Assembly: GCA_902588625.1 (NCBI GenBank)
Contig: CACIPU010000002.1
Coordinates: 6,086-70,085 of the forward strand
DNA: 64,000 bases
Direction: 5' to 3'
Source: an uncultured Pelagibacteraceae bacterium
GTDB lineage: Bacteria > Pseudomonadota > Alphaproteobacteria > Pelagibacterales > Pelagibacteraceae
Shown: positions 31,612 to 41,838 of the stretch, piece by piece
How positions within the stretch are numbered: the first letter of the stretch is position 1
How the letters are laid out: each line of letters opens with the position of its first letter
Notes under the pieces: generated by a model
Told to the model about the DNA's origin: nothing
Databases searched by the model: none
What the model saw: only the letters and a program-made list of their open reading frames with translations
Translations under genes and position numbers: made by a program

Positions 31612-32695
31612 CTACCGAAAAGATATTTTTTTCATGGGTTTAGCTTTGCAGCAAGCAAAGAAAATCTTGGGCAATACTAATGGGAATCCAGCTGTTGGTT
31701 GTGTTATTACACAAAATGGTTCAATGATAAGTGCGGCACATACCAGTTTTAACGGAAGACCTCATGCTGAAGTAAATGCTTTAAAATTAATACCAAAAAA
31801 TCTTAAAAATTCGAAATTATATGTTACTCTTGAACCCTGTAGTCACTACGGAAAAACCCCTCCATGTATTAAAGAAATTATAAAAAAAAAAATTAAAAAA
31901 GTTTATTTTTCAGTTTTTGATCCTGATATTAGATCATTTAATAAATCTACAAAAACTCTTAAAAAAAATAAAATTTATGTAAATGTAGGATTAAACAATA
32001 AAAAGATAAAAGAGTTTTATAAAAGTTATTTTCTTTATAAGAATACTAATTTCCCTTTTGTTACAGCCAAACTAGCAATATCTAAGGATTATTTCATGAT
32101 TAACAAAAAAAAAAAATGGATTACTAATGTATACTCAAGATCAAGAGTACATTTAATGAGATCTCTTCATGATTGTATAATTACTAGTTCTACCACTATA
32201 ATTAATGATAACCCATTATTTACTTGTAGAATAGCCGGTATAGAAGATAGAACACCACCTATAATTATTCTCGATAGGAATCTTCGTTTATCACATAAAT
32301 TAAATATTATAAAAAAAAGGAATTCAAAACAGATAATTATCTTTTATAACAATTTTAATAGAAAAAAAATTAATATATTAAAAGACCTTGGAATTTCAGC
32401 ATATAAAATACCGTTAAATAATAATGGAAATCTGGATTTAAAAAGAGTTCTTATTAAAGCAAAAAAATTATCCTTTTCTAGAATTTTTTTAGAAAGTGGA
32501 ATAAAATTATCAAAAAGTTTTTTAAAAATGAACTTAGTTAATCATTTAAATATATTTATATCTAATGACAAACTGAAGAGAATCGGTGATGATAATATTG
32601 GTTCTTTTTTGAAAAAATATTTAAAAAATAAAAAAGCAAAAGTCGAAAAAGTTAATCTTTTTAACGAAAAACTTATATCATATAAAATTAAATAA
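31592..32695 (+). CDS. ribD: bifunctional diaminohydroxyphosphoribosylaminopyrimidine deaminase / 5-amino-6-(5-phosphoribosylamino)uracil reductase
   Basis: 367 aa with the deaminase Zn motif PHAEVNAL...[13 protein letters not shown] and a C-terminal reductase domain. It overlaps nrdR by 20 nt. Confidence 0.9.
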   Translation: MSTSQNNYRKDIFFMGLALQQAKKILGNTNGNPAVGCVITQNGSMISAAHTSFNGRPHAEVNALKLIPKNLKNSKLYVTLEPCSHYGKTPPCIKEIIKKKIKKVYFSVFDPDIRSFNKSTKTLKKNKIYVNVGLNNKKIKEFYKSYFLYKNTNFPFVTAKLAISKDYFMINKKKKWITNVYSRSRVHLMRSLHDCIITSSTTIINDNPLFTCRIAGIEDRTPPIIILDRNLRLSHKLNIIKKRNSKQIIIFYNNFNRKKINILKDLGISAYKIPLNNNGNLDLKRVLIKAKKLSFSRIFLESGIKLSKSFLKMNLVNHLNIFISNDKLKRIGDDNIGSFLKKYLKNKKAKVEKVNLFNEKLISYKIK

Positions 32696-33288
32696 TGTTT
32701 AATGGCATAATAACAAATACGGGAACAATCCATAAGATTAGTAAGCACAAAAATGATTGTGTTATTGATATTAAATCTAAAATCAATTTTAAAAAAAATG
32801 AAATTGGCTCCTCAGTGTCTTGCTCGGGTGCTTGCCTGACTTTAGAAAAGTTTAATAAAAATATTTACAGTTTTTACCTATCAAAAGAAACTTTAAAAAA
32901 AACTATTTTTAAATTTTCTAAAAAAAAAGATATTATTAATATTGAAAAGTCATTGTTATACGGAGATAGTGTTTCAGGACATTTTGTTCAAGGTCATGTT
33001 GATACAATAGCCTTAGTCGATAAGATTCTTGTTCTTGGCAAGTCATGGCTTGTTAACTTCAAAATTAATAATAAATATAAAAAATATTTAGTTCACAAAG
33101 GTTCAATCACCATTAATGGCGTTTCTCTTACGATTGTTAAAATATTAAAATCTGGATTTCAAATTTCAATTGTACCTCACACACTTAAATTGACAAATTT
33201 AGTTCTTCTAAATAAAAAGGATTTTGTTAATGTAGAATTTGATGTCTTAGGAAAATATATAAGGAATTTCATAAATGCGAAAAAATAA
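32695..33288 (+). CDS. ribE: riboflavin synthase (alpha chain)
   Basis: 197 aa, starting [12 protein letters not shown], with an internal duplication (GSSVSCSGACLT / GSITINGVSLT). Confidence 0.9.
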   Translation: MFNGIITNTGTIHKISKHKNDCVIDIKSKINFKKNEIGSSVSCSGACLTLEKFNKNIYSFYLSKETLKKTIFKFSKKKDIINIEKSLLYGDSVSGHFVQGHVDTIALVDKILVLGKSWLVNFKINNKYKKYLVHKGSITINGVSLTIVKILKSGFQISIVPHTLKLTNLVLLNKKDFVNVEFDVLGKYIRNFINAKK

Positions 33289-34378
33289 TTTTTCAAAAAT
33301 TAATGATATTATAAAAGATGCTAAAGTTGGAAAAATGTTTATTTTAGTTGATGATGAAAGTAGAGAAAACGAAGGAGACTTAGTTACCGCCGCATCTAAG
33401 ACCTCAGCTAAAACAATTAATTTTATGGCTAAGTATGGAAGAGGGTTGATATGCCTTGCTTTAAATCAATTCCAAGTAAATAAACTTAATTTACCTTTAA
33501 TGTCACAAACAAATAATTCAAGAACTAAAACTGCTTTTACAGTTTCTATTGAAGCAAAAAAAGGTGTTACAACAGGAATATCTGCTTATGATAGAGCACG
33601 TACCATTCGAACAGCAATAAAAAAAAATGCTAAATCAAAAGATCTTGTTTCGCCGGGTCATGTTTTTCCTTTAGTTTCAAAAAATGGGGGAGTTTTAGTT
33701 AGAGCAGGACATACAGAAGCTTCAGTTGATATAGCCTCTTTAGCAAATTGTGGACCTTCTGCTGTTATATGTGAAATAATGAATGATGACGGCAGCATGG
33801 CAAAAGGTAGACAATTAATAAATTTTGCTAAAAAACATAATTTAAAGCTAGGAAAAATTAACGACTTGATTTCTTATCGTTTGAATAATGAAAATTTTAT
33901 AAAGTTTAAAAAATCATCTAACATTAAAATTAAAAAACAAATTTATAATATTAAAGTTTTTGAAAATATACTAGATGGATCTGAAAACTTTGCTTTAATT
34001 AAAGGAAATGTATCAAAAAATAAGAATCCAAGAGTTAGAGTTATTTCATCGAATATTGTAAAAAATTATCTTATGGGTGAAAAACTTCCTAATTCGTTTA
34101 ATTTAACTATTGAATATTTTAAGAAGTACAAAGATTGTGTACTTATTTTTATAAGAGATTCAAACTTAAAGTCAGTTTCAGAAACCTTGCGGGATTATAA
34201 AAAAAAAGTTTTCTACAAAACAGGGCAAGATAAATTAATACGAAATTATGGTATTGGTGCCCAAATTATTAAGTCCCTAGGTATTAAAAAAATGATACTA
34301 ATAACAAGATCTAAAAAAAAAGTTGTTGGTTTAGATGGTTATGGAATAAAGATTACTAAACAGGAAATTTTAAAATGA
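33275..34378 (+). CDS. ribB: 3,4-dihydroxy-2-butanone-4-phosphate synthase fused to a degenerate GTP cyclohydrolase II-like domain (ribBX-type)
   Basis: The N-terminal half is a good RibB (VDDESRENEGDLV, GHVFPL, RAGHTEASVD). The C-terminal half aligns to RibA in length, but where RVHSECxTGD...CDCG and QEGRGIG are expected it reads RVRVISSNIVKNYLMGEKLPNS and IFIRDSNLKSV. Confidence 0.8.
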   Translation: MRKNNFSKINDIIKDAKVGKMFILVDDESRENEGDLVTAASKTSAKTINFMAKYGRGLICLALNQFQVNKLNLPLMSQTNNSRTKTAFTVSIEAKKGVTTGISAYDRARTIRTAIKKNAKSKDLVSPGHVFPLVSKNGGVLVRAGHTEASVDIASLANCGPSAVICEIMNDDGSMAKGRQLINFAKKHNLKLGKINDLISYRLNNENFIKFKKSSNIKIKKQIYNIKVFENILDGSENFALIKGNVSKNKNPRVRVISSNIVKNYLMGEKLPNSFNLTIEYFKKYKDCVLIFIRDSNLKSVSETLRDYKKKVFYKTGQDKLIRNYGIGAQIIKSLGIKKMILITRSKKKVVGLDGYGIKITKQEILK

Positions 34379-34782
34379 AAAAAAAAATTTGCATAGTTAT
34401 ATCCGAGTATTATCCTAATATTGCTAAGAATTTATTAAATGGTGCTTCCGCTGTTTTAAAAAAAAATGGAATTAATGATTTTAAAATTCTTAAGGCTCCA
34501 GGTGTTTTTGAAATACCATATGTCATTTCAAAAGTAATTAATCAACATGAAGCTTTTGTTGCCTTAGGATGTGTGATCAAGGGAAAGACTCCACACTTCG
34601 ATTTAATTTCTACTTCAACAATAAATGGTCTAATGAATTTGTCTATTAATCACAAAAAACCAATAGGTAACGGGATTCTGAATTGTCTAAATATAAGTCA
34701 AGCTGAACAACGTTCAAATCCTAAAAAAAAAAACAAAGGTGGTGAAGCTGCAAAAGCAATAATTCAGGTAATTAAAATTTAA
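34375..34782 (+). CDS. ribH: 6,7-dimethyl-8-ribityllumazine synthase
   Basis: 135 aa with APGVFEIPYV, ALGCVIKGKTPHFDLIS and PIGNGIL motifs. Confidence 0.9.
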   Translation: MKKKICIVISEYYPNIAKNLLNGASAVLKKNGINDFKILKAPGVFEIPYVISKVINQHEAFVALGCVIKGKTPHFDLISTSTINGLMNLSINHKKPIGNGILNCLNISQAEQRSNPKKKNKGGEAAKAIIQVIKI

Positions 34783-34787
34783 ATACA

Positions 34788-35195
34788 ATGGAAGACAAAG
34801 AAGCATTACAAAACCCTCGTGTAATAATAATACAAAAACTTTATAGTCATTTTTTAAATACTGAAAGTGAAATTTTATTTCCCAAACATAGATATAAAAA
34901 ATTTATTAAAGATGTTGTAAATGGCACTATTGAAAGAAAAGATTTAATTGAAGACATAATAAATGAAAGATTAAAAAATGATATAAACAAGAATGCCACT
35001 GAATTAATTATTAAATTAATGATTATGGCAGCTATATATGAGTTTATGTTTATGCATAAAACTCCGATTAAAGTTATAATAACCGAATATTTAAAAGTTT
35101 CAGACTTTTTTGTTGCAGTTACGCAAAAAAACTTTTTAAATGCAATTTTAGATAAAGCTGCTAAATTTAGTCGTATTAATGATGTGACAACTTAA
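34788..35195 (+). CDS. nusB: transcription antitermination factor NusB
   Basis: 135 aa, helical, in the conserved position after ribH. Similarity to typical NusB is weak but plausible (AR..A.Q.LY-like start RVIIIQKLY). Confidence 0.75.
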   Translation: MEDKEALQNPRVIIIQKLYSHFLNTESEILFPKHRYKKFIKDVVNGTIERKDLIEDIINERLKNDINKNATELIIKLMIMAAIYEFMFMHKTPIKVIITEYLKVSDFFVAVTQKNFLNAILDKAAKFSRINDVTT

Positions 35196-35229
35196 ACCTC
35201 GTTTTTAAATGAGGATTATTAGCATTTTT

Positions 35230-35265
35230 TGATAAAGATTATAGTTGCCTTTTATCATTTTTTTT
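35230..35265 (+). terminator. possible intrinsic terminator after nusB
   Basis: TGATAAA (35230-35236) pairs with TTTATCA (35251-35257) and is followed by a run of 8 T (35258-35265). The stem is AT-rich and the loop is 14 nt, so the hairpin is weak. Confidence 0.4.
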
Positions 35266-35302
35266 GACAATTTTCATTTTTTTAATAAATTAAATAATAA
35301 AA

Positions 35303-37396
35303 ATGACTGCTATTCTAAATTTAATTATATTCTCTGGTTTTCTAGCAATTTTATATGGTTTCATAACTGGTAAGCAAATTTTAGCATCTAGTCCTGGTAA
35401 TAAGAAAATGCAGGAAATTGCGAGCGCCATACAAGAGGGAGCAAGAGCATATTTAAATCGTCAATATAAAACTATTGCAATTGTTGGATTTATTATACTG
35501 ATTATAATTCTTTTTGTTTTGGGTTTTTGGGTTGGTTTAGGATATTTTATTGGCGCATTCCTTTCCGGAGCTGCTGGTTATGTAGGCATGTTAGTATCTG
35601 TACAAGCAAATGTAAGAACTGCTGAAGCCTCAAGAAAAGGTTTAGCTGCAGGACTTAACATTGGTTTTAAATCTGGAGCAGTAACTGGCATGTTGGTTGC
35701 GGGGTTGGCTCTTTTATCTATAGCAGTATATTATTTAATTTTGCTAAAATTTAATGTTAATAATAGAGAAATTATAAATGCTTTAGTTGGCTTAGGTTTT
35801 GGAGCTTCTTTAATATCAATCTTTGCCCGTTTGGGTGGAGGAATATTTACTAAAGGAGCTGATGTAGGAGCTGACCTGGTTGGAAAAGTTGAAGCAGGTA
35901 TTCCAGAAGATGATCCAAGAAATCCTGCTGTTATAGCAGATAATGTAGGCGACAATGTAGGCGACTGTGCAGGCATGGCTGCTGATCTATTTGAGACGTA
36001 CGCCGTAACAATTGTTGCTACTATGGTTTTATCTTCAATATTTTTTATGAATGATTTAAGTATGATGATTTATCCTTTAGCAATTGGAGCTTCTTGTATT
36101 ATTACATCAATTTTGGGTACTTTTTTTGTAAGACTTGGATCTAACAAAAATATTATGGGAGCTTTATATAAAGGTTTCATAGCAACTGCTGTATCTTCAG
36201 TAGTAGTTCTTTATTTTGTAACTGACAAAGTCATAGGTTTAGATAATATTTATTCTTCAACTAATGCCCAATTCAATGGTTTTGGATTATATATATGCGG
36301 AATTGTTGGTTTAATAATAACAGGACTTATCATTTGGGTTACTGAATATTATACAGGAACAAAGTTCAGGCCGGTAATAAGTGTTGCAAAATCATCTATT
36401 ACGGGACATGGAACAAATGTTATTCAAGGGTTAGCTGTATCTTTAGAAGCAACAGCACTACCAGCTTTAATTATAGTAGCGGGTATACTTATTACTAATC
36501 ATATAGCTGGATTGTATGGTATTGCAATAGCTGTAACTACAATGTTAGCTCTTGCAGGTATGGTTGTTGCACTAGATGCGTATGGACCAGTTACTGATAA
36601 TGCTGGAGGAATAGCAGAAATGTCTAATCTACCTAAAAATGTAAGAAAAACGACTGATGCTTTAGATGCAGTTGGTAATACCACTAAAGCTGTTACCAAA
36701 GGTTATGCTATTGGATCAGCTGGGTTAGGCGCTTTGGTATTATTTGCTGCTTACACTGAAGATATAAAATTTTTTTCAACCACAAAAGGATCGGCGTTAG
36801 AAAATGTTGTTGTTGATTTCGACTTAACCAATCCATATGTTGTAGTTGGATTATTGATTGGTGGAATGTTACCTTATTTGTTTGGATCAATGTCTATGCA
36901 GGCAGTTGGTAGAGCTGGAGGTGCTGTTGTTCTTGAAGTTCGTAGACAATTTAAAAAAATACCAGGTATAATGAAAAGAAAAAGAAAACCAGATTACGGT
37001 AGATTAGTAGATCTTTTAACAAAAGCTGCTATAAAAGAAATGATTATACCTTCTTTACTACCAGTTTTGTCTCCTATAATTTTATACTTCGTAATATTTA
37101 TGATTGGTGGAATAGAAGCTGCCTTAGTTTCCGTAGGTGCAATGTTATTGGGTGTAATTGTTACTGGATTGTTTGTTGCAATATCAATGACAGCTGGAGG
37201 GGGAGCTTGGGATAATGCAAAAAAATATATTGAAGATGGCAAATTTGGTGGAAAAGGATCTGAAGCTCATAAAGCAGCTATAACTGGAGATACAGTTGGC
37301 GATCCATATAAAGATACTGCTGGTCCAGCGGTGAATCCAATGATTAAAATAACTAATATAGTAGCATTACTATTATTAGCTGTAATAGCTCATTAA
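35303..37396 (+). CDS. hppA: membrane-bound proton-translocating pyrophosphatase
   Basis: 697 aa and about 16 TM segments, with [39 protein letters not shown] and [14 protein letters not shown] motifs. Confidence 0.97.
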   Translation: MTAILNLIIFSGFLAILYGFITGKQILASSPGNKKMQEIASAIQEGARAYLNRQYKTIAIVGFIILIIILFVLGFWVGLGYFIGAFLSGAAGYVGMLVSVQANVRTAEASRKGLAAGLNIGFKSGAVTGMLVAGLALLSIAVYYLILLKFNVNNREIINALVGLGFGASLISIFARLGGGIFTKGADVGADLVGKVEAGIPEDDPRNPAVIADNVGDNVGDCAGMAADLFETYAVTIVATMVLSSIFFMNDLSMMIYPLAIGASCIITSILGTFFVRLGSNKNIMGALYKGFIATAVSSVVVLYFVTDKVIGLDNIYSSTNAQFNGFGLYICGIVGLIITGLIIWVTEYYTGTKFRPVISVAKSSITGHGTNVIQGLAVSLEATALPALIIVAGILITNHIAGLYGIAIAVTTMLALAGMVVALDAYGPVTDNAGGIAEMSNLPKNVRKTTDALDAVGNTTKAVTKGYAIGSAGLGALVLFAAYTEDIKFFSTTKGSALENVVVDFDLTNPYVVVGLLIGGMLPYLFGSMSMQAVGRAGGAVVLEVRRQFKKIPGIMKRKRKPDYGRLVDLLTKAAIKEMIIPSLLPVLSPIILYFVIFMIGGIEAALVSVGAMLLGVIVTGLFVAISMTAGGGAWDNAKKYIEDGKFGGKGSEAHKAAITGDTVGDPYKDTAGPAVNPMIKITNIVALLLLAVIAH

Positions 37397-37398
37397 TT

Positions 37399-37851
37399 TT
37401 ATTTTCTTTTAATTAGCATCTTTTGTCTAACGCTAGATAGAAAACTATATATAAAATTTTCCTTACGTAGTTCGTTTTCAGTTTCATTTTTAGCAAACTT
37501 AATTTTGTTCATATTGCTTTTATCATAAAATTCTTTTCTCTTTAGAATTCCATATTTATCAAATTCAAGAATTAATACATTATTCTTTTTTAAGTAATTT
37601 CTACCCAGTTTATGGAGTTTACCTCTTGTACGCGTTCTTTCTATGTAAATCCAAAGATTATCATCAACCATACCTTTTGTTGAAGGTTGCCCTAAAACCG
37701 ATATAGTGTCATTTTTATTAGTTTCATCAACTATTATTAGCTTTTCTCTTTTTTTAAGATATGCTACTCCATGAGTTTTAATAACTTCATTTCGTGAACA
37801 TGCTACAATAAAAAGCAAAAAGAAGATTAATAAAAACGTACTTTTTTTCAT
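37399..37851 (-). CDS. bamE: outer membrane protein assembly factor BamE (SmpA/OmlA lipoprotein)
   Basis: 150 aa with a signal peptide and lipobox (LFIVAC) and the central motif GQPSTKG...DNLWIYI typical of BamE. Confidence 0.8.
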   Translation of the reverse strand: MKKSTFLLIFFLLFIVACSRNEVIKTHGVAYLKKREKLIIVDETNKNDTISVLGQPSTKGMVDDNLWIYIERTRTRGKLHKLGRNYLKKNNVLILEFDKYGILKRKEFYDKSNMNKIKFAKNETENELRKENFIYSFLSSVRQKMLIKRK

Positions 37852-38382
37852 ATGACTAAAAATTCAAAAAATAATAAATTTAATGAAAGTGATTTATATA
37901 ATATTATACTTGCTTTATCACGAAATAAATTACTTTATACTAAATTTAATGTAGCAGACACGTTTCAAAATAGAATTAATCTTATTTTTATACATTTTTC
38001 GTTTATTTTTATTAAAAGTGAGTCTAAAGGTTTTAATACCAAGCATAAACAATCTTATCAAAAATTGTTTGATTATATATTTATTCAAATAGAGCAAAAT
38101 ATGCGCGAACTTGGATTTGGAGACGTTTCAGTAAATAAAAATATGAAATTTCTGGTGAAATCTTTTTATAGTATTTTGCTTTATTGTAGAAAATACGATG
38201 AGCACGACTTATCTTCAAAAATCTCTTTTTTAAATAATTGGATTAAATCAAATTTACCCATAAATAAGGAAAATAGTGACAATTTAGTAGATTATTTTGA
38301 TAAATTTGCAGCTTTTTGTTTTGATTTAAGTTCAGATAATGTATTAAAGGGAAGATTAAATTTTAACTATAAAGTGAAATAA
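37852..38382 (+). CDS. ubiquinol-cytochrome c chaperone (Cbp3-like) domain protein
   Basis: 176 aa. The pattern LYNIILALSRNKLLYTKFNVADTFQNRINLIFIHFSFIF matches the alphaproteobacterial Cbp3-like family. Its position next to bamE and upstream of rpmF-plsX is the usual one. Confidence 0.6.
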   Translation: MTKNSKNNKFNESDLYNIILALSRNKLLYTKFNVADTFQNRINLIFIHFSFIFIKSESKGFNTKHKQSYQKLFDYIFIQIEQNMRELGFGDVSVNKNMKFLVKSFYSILLYCRKYDEHDLSSKISFLNNWIKSNLPINKENSDNLVDYFDKFAAFCFDLSSDNVLKGRLNFNYKVK

Positions 38383-38562
38383 ATGGCTGTACCAAAAAGG
38401 AAAACATCTAAGTCAAGAAGGAATAAAAGAAGATCTCATCATAAATTATCTTCTATAAATATAATTGAAGATAAAAAATCTGGCGAATTTAGACTTTCTC
38501 ATCATATAGACTTAAAAACTGGTATTTATAATGGCAAACAAATACTAGATCCTAAGAAATAA
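38383..38562 (+). CDS. rpmF: 50S ribosomal protein L32
   Basis: Not in the ORF track (59 codons). Hand translation gives [59 protein letters not shown]. The ATG directly follows the previous stop. Confidence 0.9.
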   Translation: MAVPKRKTSKSRRNKRRSHHKLSSINIIEDKKSGEFRLSHHIDLKTGIYNGKQILDPKK

Positions 38563-38578
38563 GGTTTCAAATAATTTT

Positions 38579-39589
38579 ATGAAAGATAGAGTGAAAATTG
38601 CAGTTGATGCAATGGGAGGAGAAGATTCTCCACAGAAAATAATAGAAGGTATTGAAATTTCTTTAAAACTAAATAAAGAAAATTTTTTTTATATTTATGG
38701 TGATGAACTAATTCTTAACAAAGAAATAAAAAAACGATTATTAGTATCTCAAAATTCAGAAATTATTAACACTACTGAAAAAATCCTTGATGATGAAAGC
38801 CCACTAACAGCGGCAAAAAAAGGTAAAAATACTAGCATGTGGAAAACTATAGAGTCTTTAAAAATGAAAAAGGCTGACATATCTTTATCAGCAGGAAATA
38901 CTGGTGCTATGCTAGTAATATCTAGACTTTTACTAAATACCATTGAAGGAATTGATAAGCCCGCATTAGCAGGTTTATGGCCTAACAAAAATAACATGAA
39001 TGTAGTTTTAGATCTTGGAGCTAACATTGAATGTAGTGAAAAGAATTTGTCTGATTTTGCACTAATGGGTTCAGCATTTTTTACATCCTTATTCAAAAAT
39101 GAAAAACCTAAAATAGCCTTATTAAATGTTGGTCTCGAAGAAAACAAAGGAAATGATGTGTTAAAAAAAACTTATACTTTATTAAAAGATTATAAAGATA
39201 AAAATTTTATTTTTTCAGGTTATATAGAAGGGAATCATATAATGGATGGAAATGTAGATGTTATTATAACTGATGGATTTACTGGCAATGTTGCATTGAA
39301 AACTGCTGAAGGCACAGCTAATTTTATTACAAAAAAACTTAAAGAATCATTGAACAAGATTTCTATTTTATTGTCGTACAATTCACTAAAAAGATTTAAA
39401 GATAAACTTGATCCAAGAAAATATAATGGAGCAATATTTTTGGGACTTGAAAGTCCACTTGTAAAAAGTCATGGATCAACTGATGCTATAGGTTTTGCAC
39501 ACTCTATAAACGTTTGTAATAAAATTGTTAAAGGTAACCTCATAGAAAAAATAAAATCTAATTTAATAAGTGTTGACCACAATATTTAA
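38579..39589 (+). CDS. plsX: phosphate acyltransferase PlsX
   Basis: 336 aa with IAVDAMGGEDSP, SAGNTGA and DGFTGNVALKTAEG motifs. Confidence 0.95.
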   Translation: MKDRVKIAVDAMGGEDSPQKIIEGIEISLKLNKENFFYIYGDELILNKEIKKRLLVSQNSEIINTTEKILDDESPLTAAKKGKNTSMWKTIESLKMKKADISLSAGNTGAMLVISRLLLNTIEGIDKPALAGLWPNKNNMNVVLDLGANIECSEKNLSDFALMGSAFFTSLFKNEKPKIALLNVGLEENKGNDVLKKTYTLLKDYKDKNFIFSGYIEGNHIMDGNVDVIITDGFTGNVALKTAEGTANFITKKLKESLNKISILLSYNSLKRFKDKLDPRKYNGAIFLGLESPLVKSHGSTDAIGFAHSINVCNKIVKGNLIEKIKSNLISVDHNI

Positions 39590-39609
39590 TGTAATATTAT
39601 TTTTATCAA

Positions 39610-39912
39610 ATGGTAAAAAAAAATTTTACTCGTAAAGATTTAGCAAACAAAGTACATAAAAGATTAGGATTTTCAAAGAATTTTTCTTCTAATTTTATTG
39701 ATAATGTTTTTGAAAAACTGACTGAAAATATTATTAAATATAGTTATATAAAAATTTCATCATTTGGGACTTTCAAGGTCCATAATAAAAAAGCACGACC
39801 TGGTAGAAATCCTAAGACTAAAGTTGAAGTTAATATTTCAGCTAGAAATGTTGTTAAATTTATTCCTTCAAAAATTTTTAAAAAAAAGATAAATAGTAAA
39901 AATGGATTATAA
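39610..39912 (+). CDS. ihfA: integration host factor alpha subunit (HU/IHF family)
   Basis: 100 aa with LTRKDLA, FGTFKV and RPGRNPKTKVEVNISARNVVKF. Located between plsX and a MerR regulator, as in other alphaproteobacteria. Confidence 0.85.
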   Translation: MVKKNFTRKDLANKVHKRLGFSKNFSSNFIDNVFEKLTENIIKYSYIKISSFGTFKVHNKKARPGRNPKTKVEVNISARNVVKFIPSKIFKKKINSKNGL

Positions 39913-40306
39913 AAAAAAAGACAAAGATGCATACAAAACAATAGGTGAGGTGGCCCAAGAAATAAATTTAATAGATAAAAAAACAGGAGTTCCACAAACT
40001 CACACAATTAGATATTGGGAAACTCAGTTTAAACAATTAAAACCTACTATAAAAGCTGGCGGAAGAAGATATTACTCAGAAAAAAATATTAAAATGCTAA
40101 ATTTTGTCAAATTGTTATTAAAAGAAAAGGGTTTAAAAATTGCAGGAGTAAAAAAAATATTAAATGTCAAAGTTGATCAATCTATTGACGAGCATGAATA
40201 CTTTGATATAAATACCAGTAAAAATAAATCTACTAAATTTATTAAGGACAAACTAAAAAATATTTCTAAACTTATAAAAGAAATTAAAAATATTAAAGAT
40301 GGCTAA
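39902..40306 (+). CDS. MerR family transcriptional regulator
   Basis: 134 aa with an N-terminal HTH (YKTIGEVAQEINL...HTIRYWE) and a conserved position after ihfA. Confidence 0.8.
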   Translation: MDYKKKDKDAYKTIGEVAQEINLIDKKTGVPQTHTIRYWETQFKQLKPTIKAGGRRYYSEKNIKMLNFVKLLLKEKGLKIAGVKKILNVKVDQSIDEHEYFDINTSKNKSTKFIKDKLKNISKLIKEIKNIKDG

Positions 40307-40490
40307 AAAAACATCCATAAAAGTTAGACTAGTTCCTGAAAATAAACCTGATAGTTCGTTTTACTATTATGTAAAAAAACCATCAGCTGGTGAAAAAGCC
40401 AAAATAAAACTTAAAGTTAAAAAATATAATCCTTCAACACGTAAACATGAAATTTTTGTTGAAAAGAAGTTACCACCACACAGTAAGTAA
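40299..40490 (+). CDS. rpmG: 50S ribosomal protein L33
   Basis: 63 aa, MAKKTSIKVRLV...FYYYVKK...KKYNPSTRKHEIFVEKKL. This fits the L33 pattern MAK..IK..L....F.Y..KK....KKYDP..RKH..F.E.K. Confidence 0.85.
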   Translation: MAKKTSIKVRLVPENKPDSSFYYYVKKPSAGEKAKIKLKVKKYNPSTRKHEIFVEKKLPPHSK

Positions 40491-40781
40491 TTACTTTTTT
40501 TTAAAATTTTTTCTTTCAAAATCTATATAAGACCAAATCATAGTTTTCCAAATCTTTTTTGTAATTTTTGGATCAATTTTAAGCTTAATAGAATTTTTTT
40601 TAATTTTTTTTAAAATTGAAGATATTCTTTTTTTATCAACAATTTCATTTCTATTTTTCTTTAATGTAATAACCTTCTTGATAATCTCAGTTCTTATCTT
40701 GATAAGATGAAGCAGTTTCATATCAAGTTTATCTAATTTTTTTCTTTGTATATTTAGTTTTTTTTTATTATTAGGCGACAT
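40491..40781 (-). CDS. chorismate mutase (small AroQ type)
   Basis: 96 aa, all-helical, with LNIQRKKLDKLDMKLLHLIKIRTEI...RE...IL, resembling the R..ID.ID..L..LL..R pattern of AroQ mutases. Confidence 0.65.
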   Translation of the reverse strand: MSPNNKKKLNIQRKKLDKLDMKLLHLIKIRTEIIKKVITLKKNRNEIVDKKRISSILKKIKKNSIKLKIDPKITKKIWKTMIWSYIDFERKNFKKK

Positions 40782-40824
40782 TTAAACAATTGGATTTATT
40801 AATAAATAATATATTTATTCATAT

Positions 40825-41838
40825 ATGTACATAGAGAATAAAGATATAAACAAATATATATCCTACTGGTTAATTACAATTTTTCTAATCGTTTCACTAA
40901 TGATAGTCGTAGGAGGTTTAACTAGACTTACTGATTCTGGTTTATCAATTACAAAATGGCAATTGTTTTCAGGAATACTTCCACCATTATCAATTAAACA
41001 TTGGAATGAATATTTTGAACTGTATAAAAAGATACCAGAATATAAGTTGCAAAATTTTTCAATGACATTAGAGGAGTTTAAAGTAATCTTTTGGTGGGAA
41101 TATATACATAGATTGTTAGGGAGGGTAATAGGTGTCCTTTTCGCCATACCATTAATTTATTTTTCAATAAAATTAGGAATGAAAAAAACTCTTAATTTTT
41201 ATTTTATCTTTTTATTAATTTGTTTACAGGGATTTATTGGATGGTACATGGTCTCCAGCGGATTAATCAATAGAGTTGATGTGAGTCACTATAGATTAGC
41301 ATTACATTTAGTATTAGCTTTTGTAATTCTTTCATTAATTTTTTGGAATTATTTAATCTTTGCAAATGTAAAGCCAAGTAAAATTAAAATAGGTAACTTT
41401 TTTCCAATTTTATTTATTTTATTGTTATTTATCCAACTAATGATAGGAGCTTTTGTTTCCGGTATGGATGCTGGAAAAATATATAATTCTTGGCCATTAA
41501 TGGGATCAAGTTTTTTTCCAGATGATAATAGTATAATTAATTTATTTACTTTATCAGTATTTAACGAACCATCAATGGTTCAATTTTTTCATAGAAATTT
41601 AGCATACTTAATATTGATATTTTATTTAATTTTATTAATAAAAATATACAAAAATAAAATTGCACATTATTTTAAAATTATAAATATAATTGGTTTATTA
41701 TTAATATTACAAGTAGGACTTGGTATATGGACTATACTATCTGGTGCACAGATTTTAATTTCTTCTATGCACCAAATAAGTTCAATTTTTTTAATTAGTT
41801 CAAGTATTTACTTTTTATATTTAAATACAAAAAACTAA
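40825..41838 (+). CDS. ctaA: heme A synthase (COX15/CtaA)
   Basis: 337 aa and 8 TM segments, with GGLTRLTDSGLSIT.W, EYIHRLLGR and MHQ motifs. Confidence 0.9.
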   Translation: MYIENKDINKYISYWLITIFLIVSLMIVVGGLTRLTDSGLSITKWQLFSGILPPLSIKHWNEYFELYKKIPEYKLQNFSMTLEEFKVIFWWEYIHRLLGRVIGVLFAIPLIYFSIKLGMKKTLNFYFIFLLICLQGFIGWYMVSSGLINRVDVSHYRLALHLVLAFVILSLIFWNYLIFANVKPSKIKIGNFFPILFILLLFIQLMIGAFVSGMDAGKIYNSWPLMGSSFFPDDNSIINLFTLSVFNEPSMVQFFHRNLAYLILIFYLILLIKIYKNKIAHYFKIINIIGLLLILQVGLGIWTILSGAQILISSMHQISSIFLISSSIYFLYLNTKN

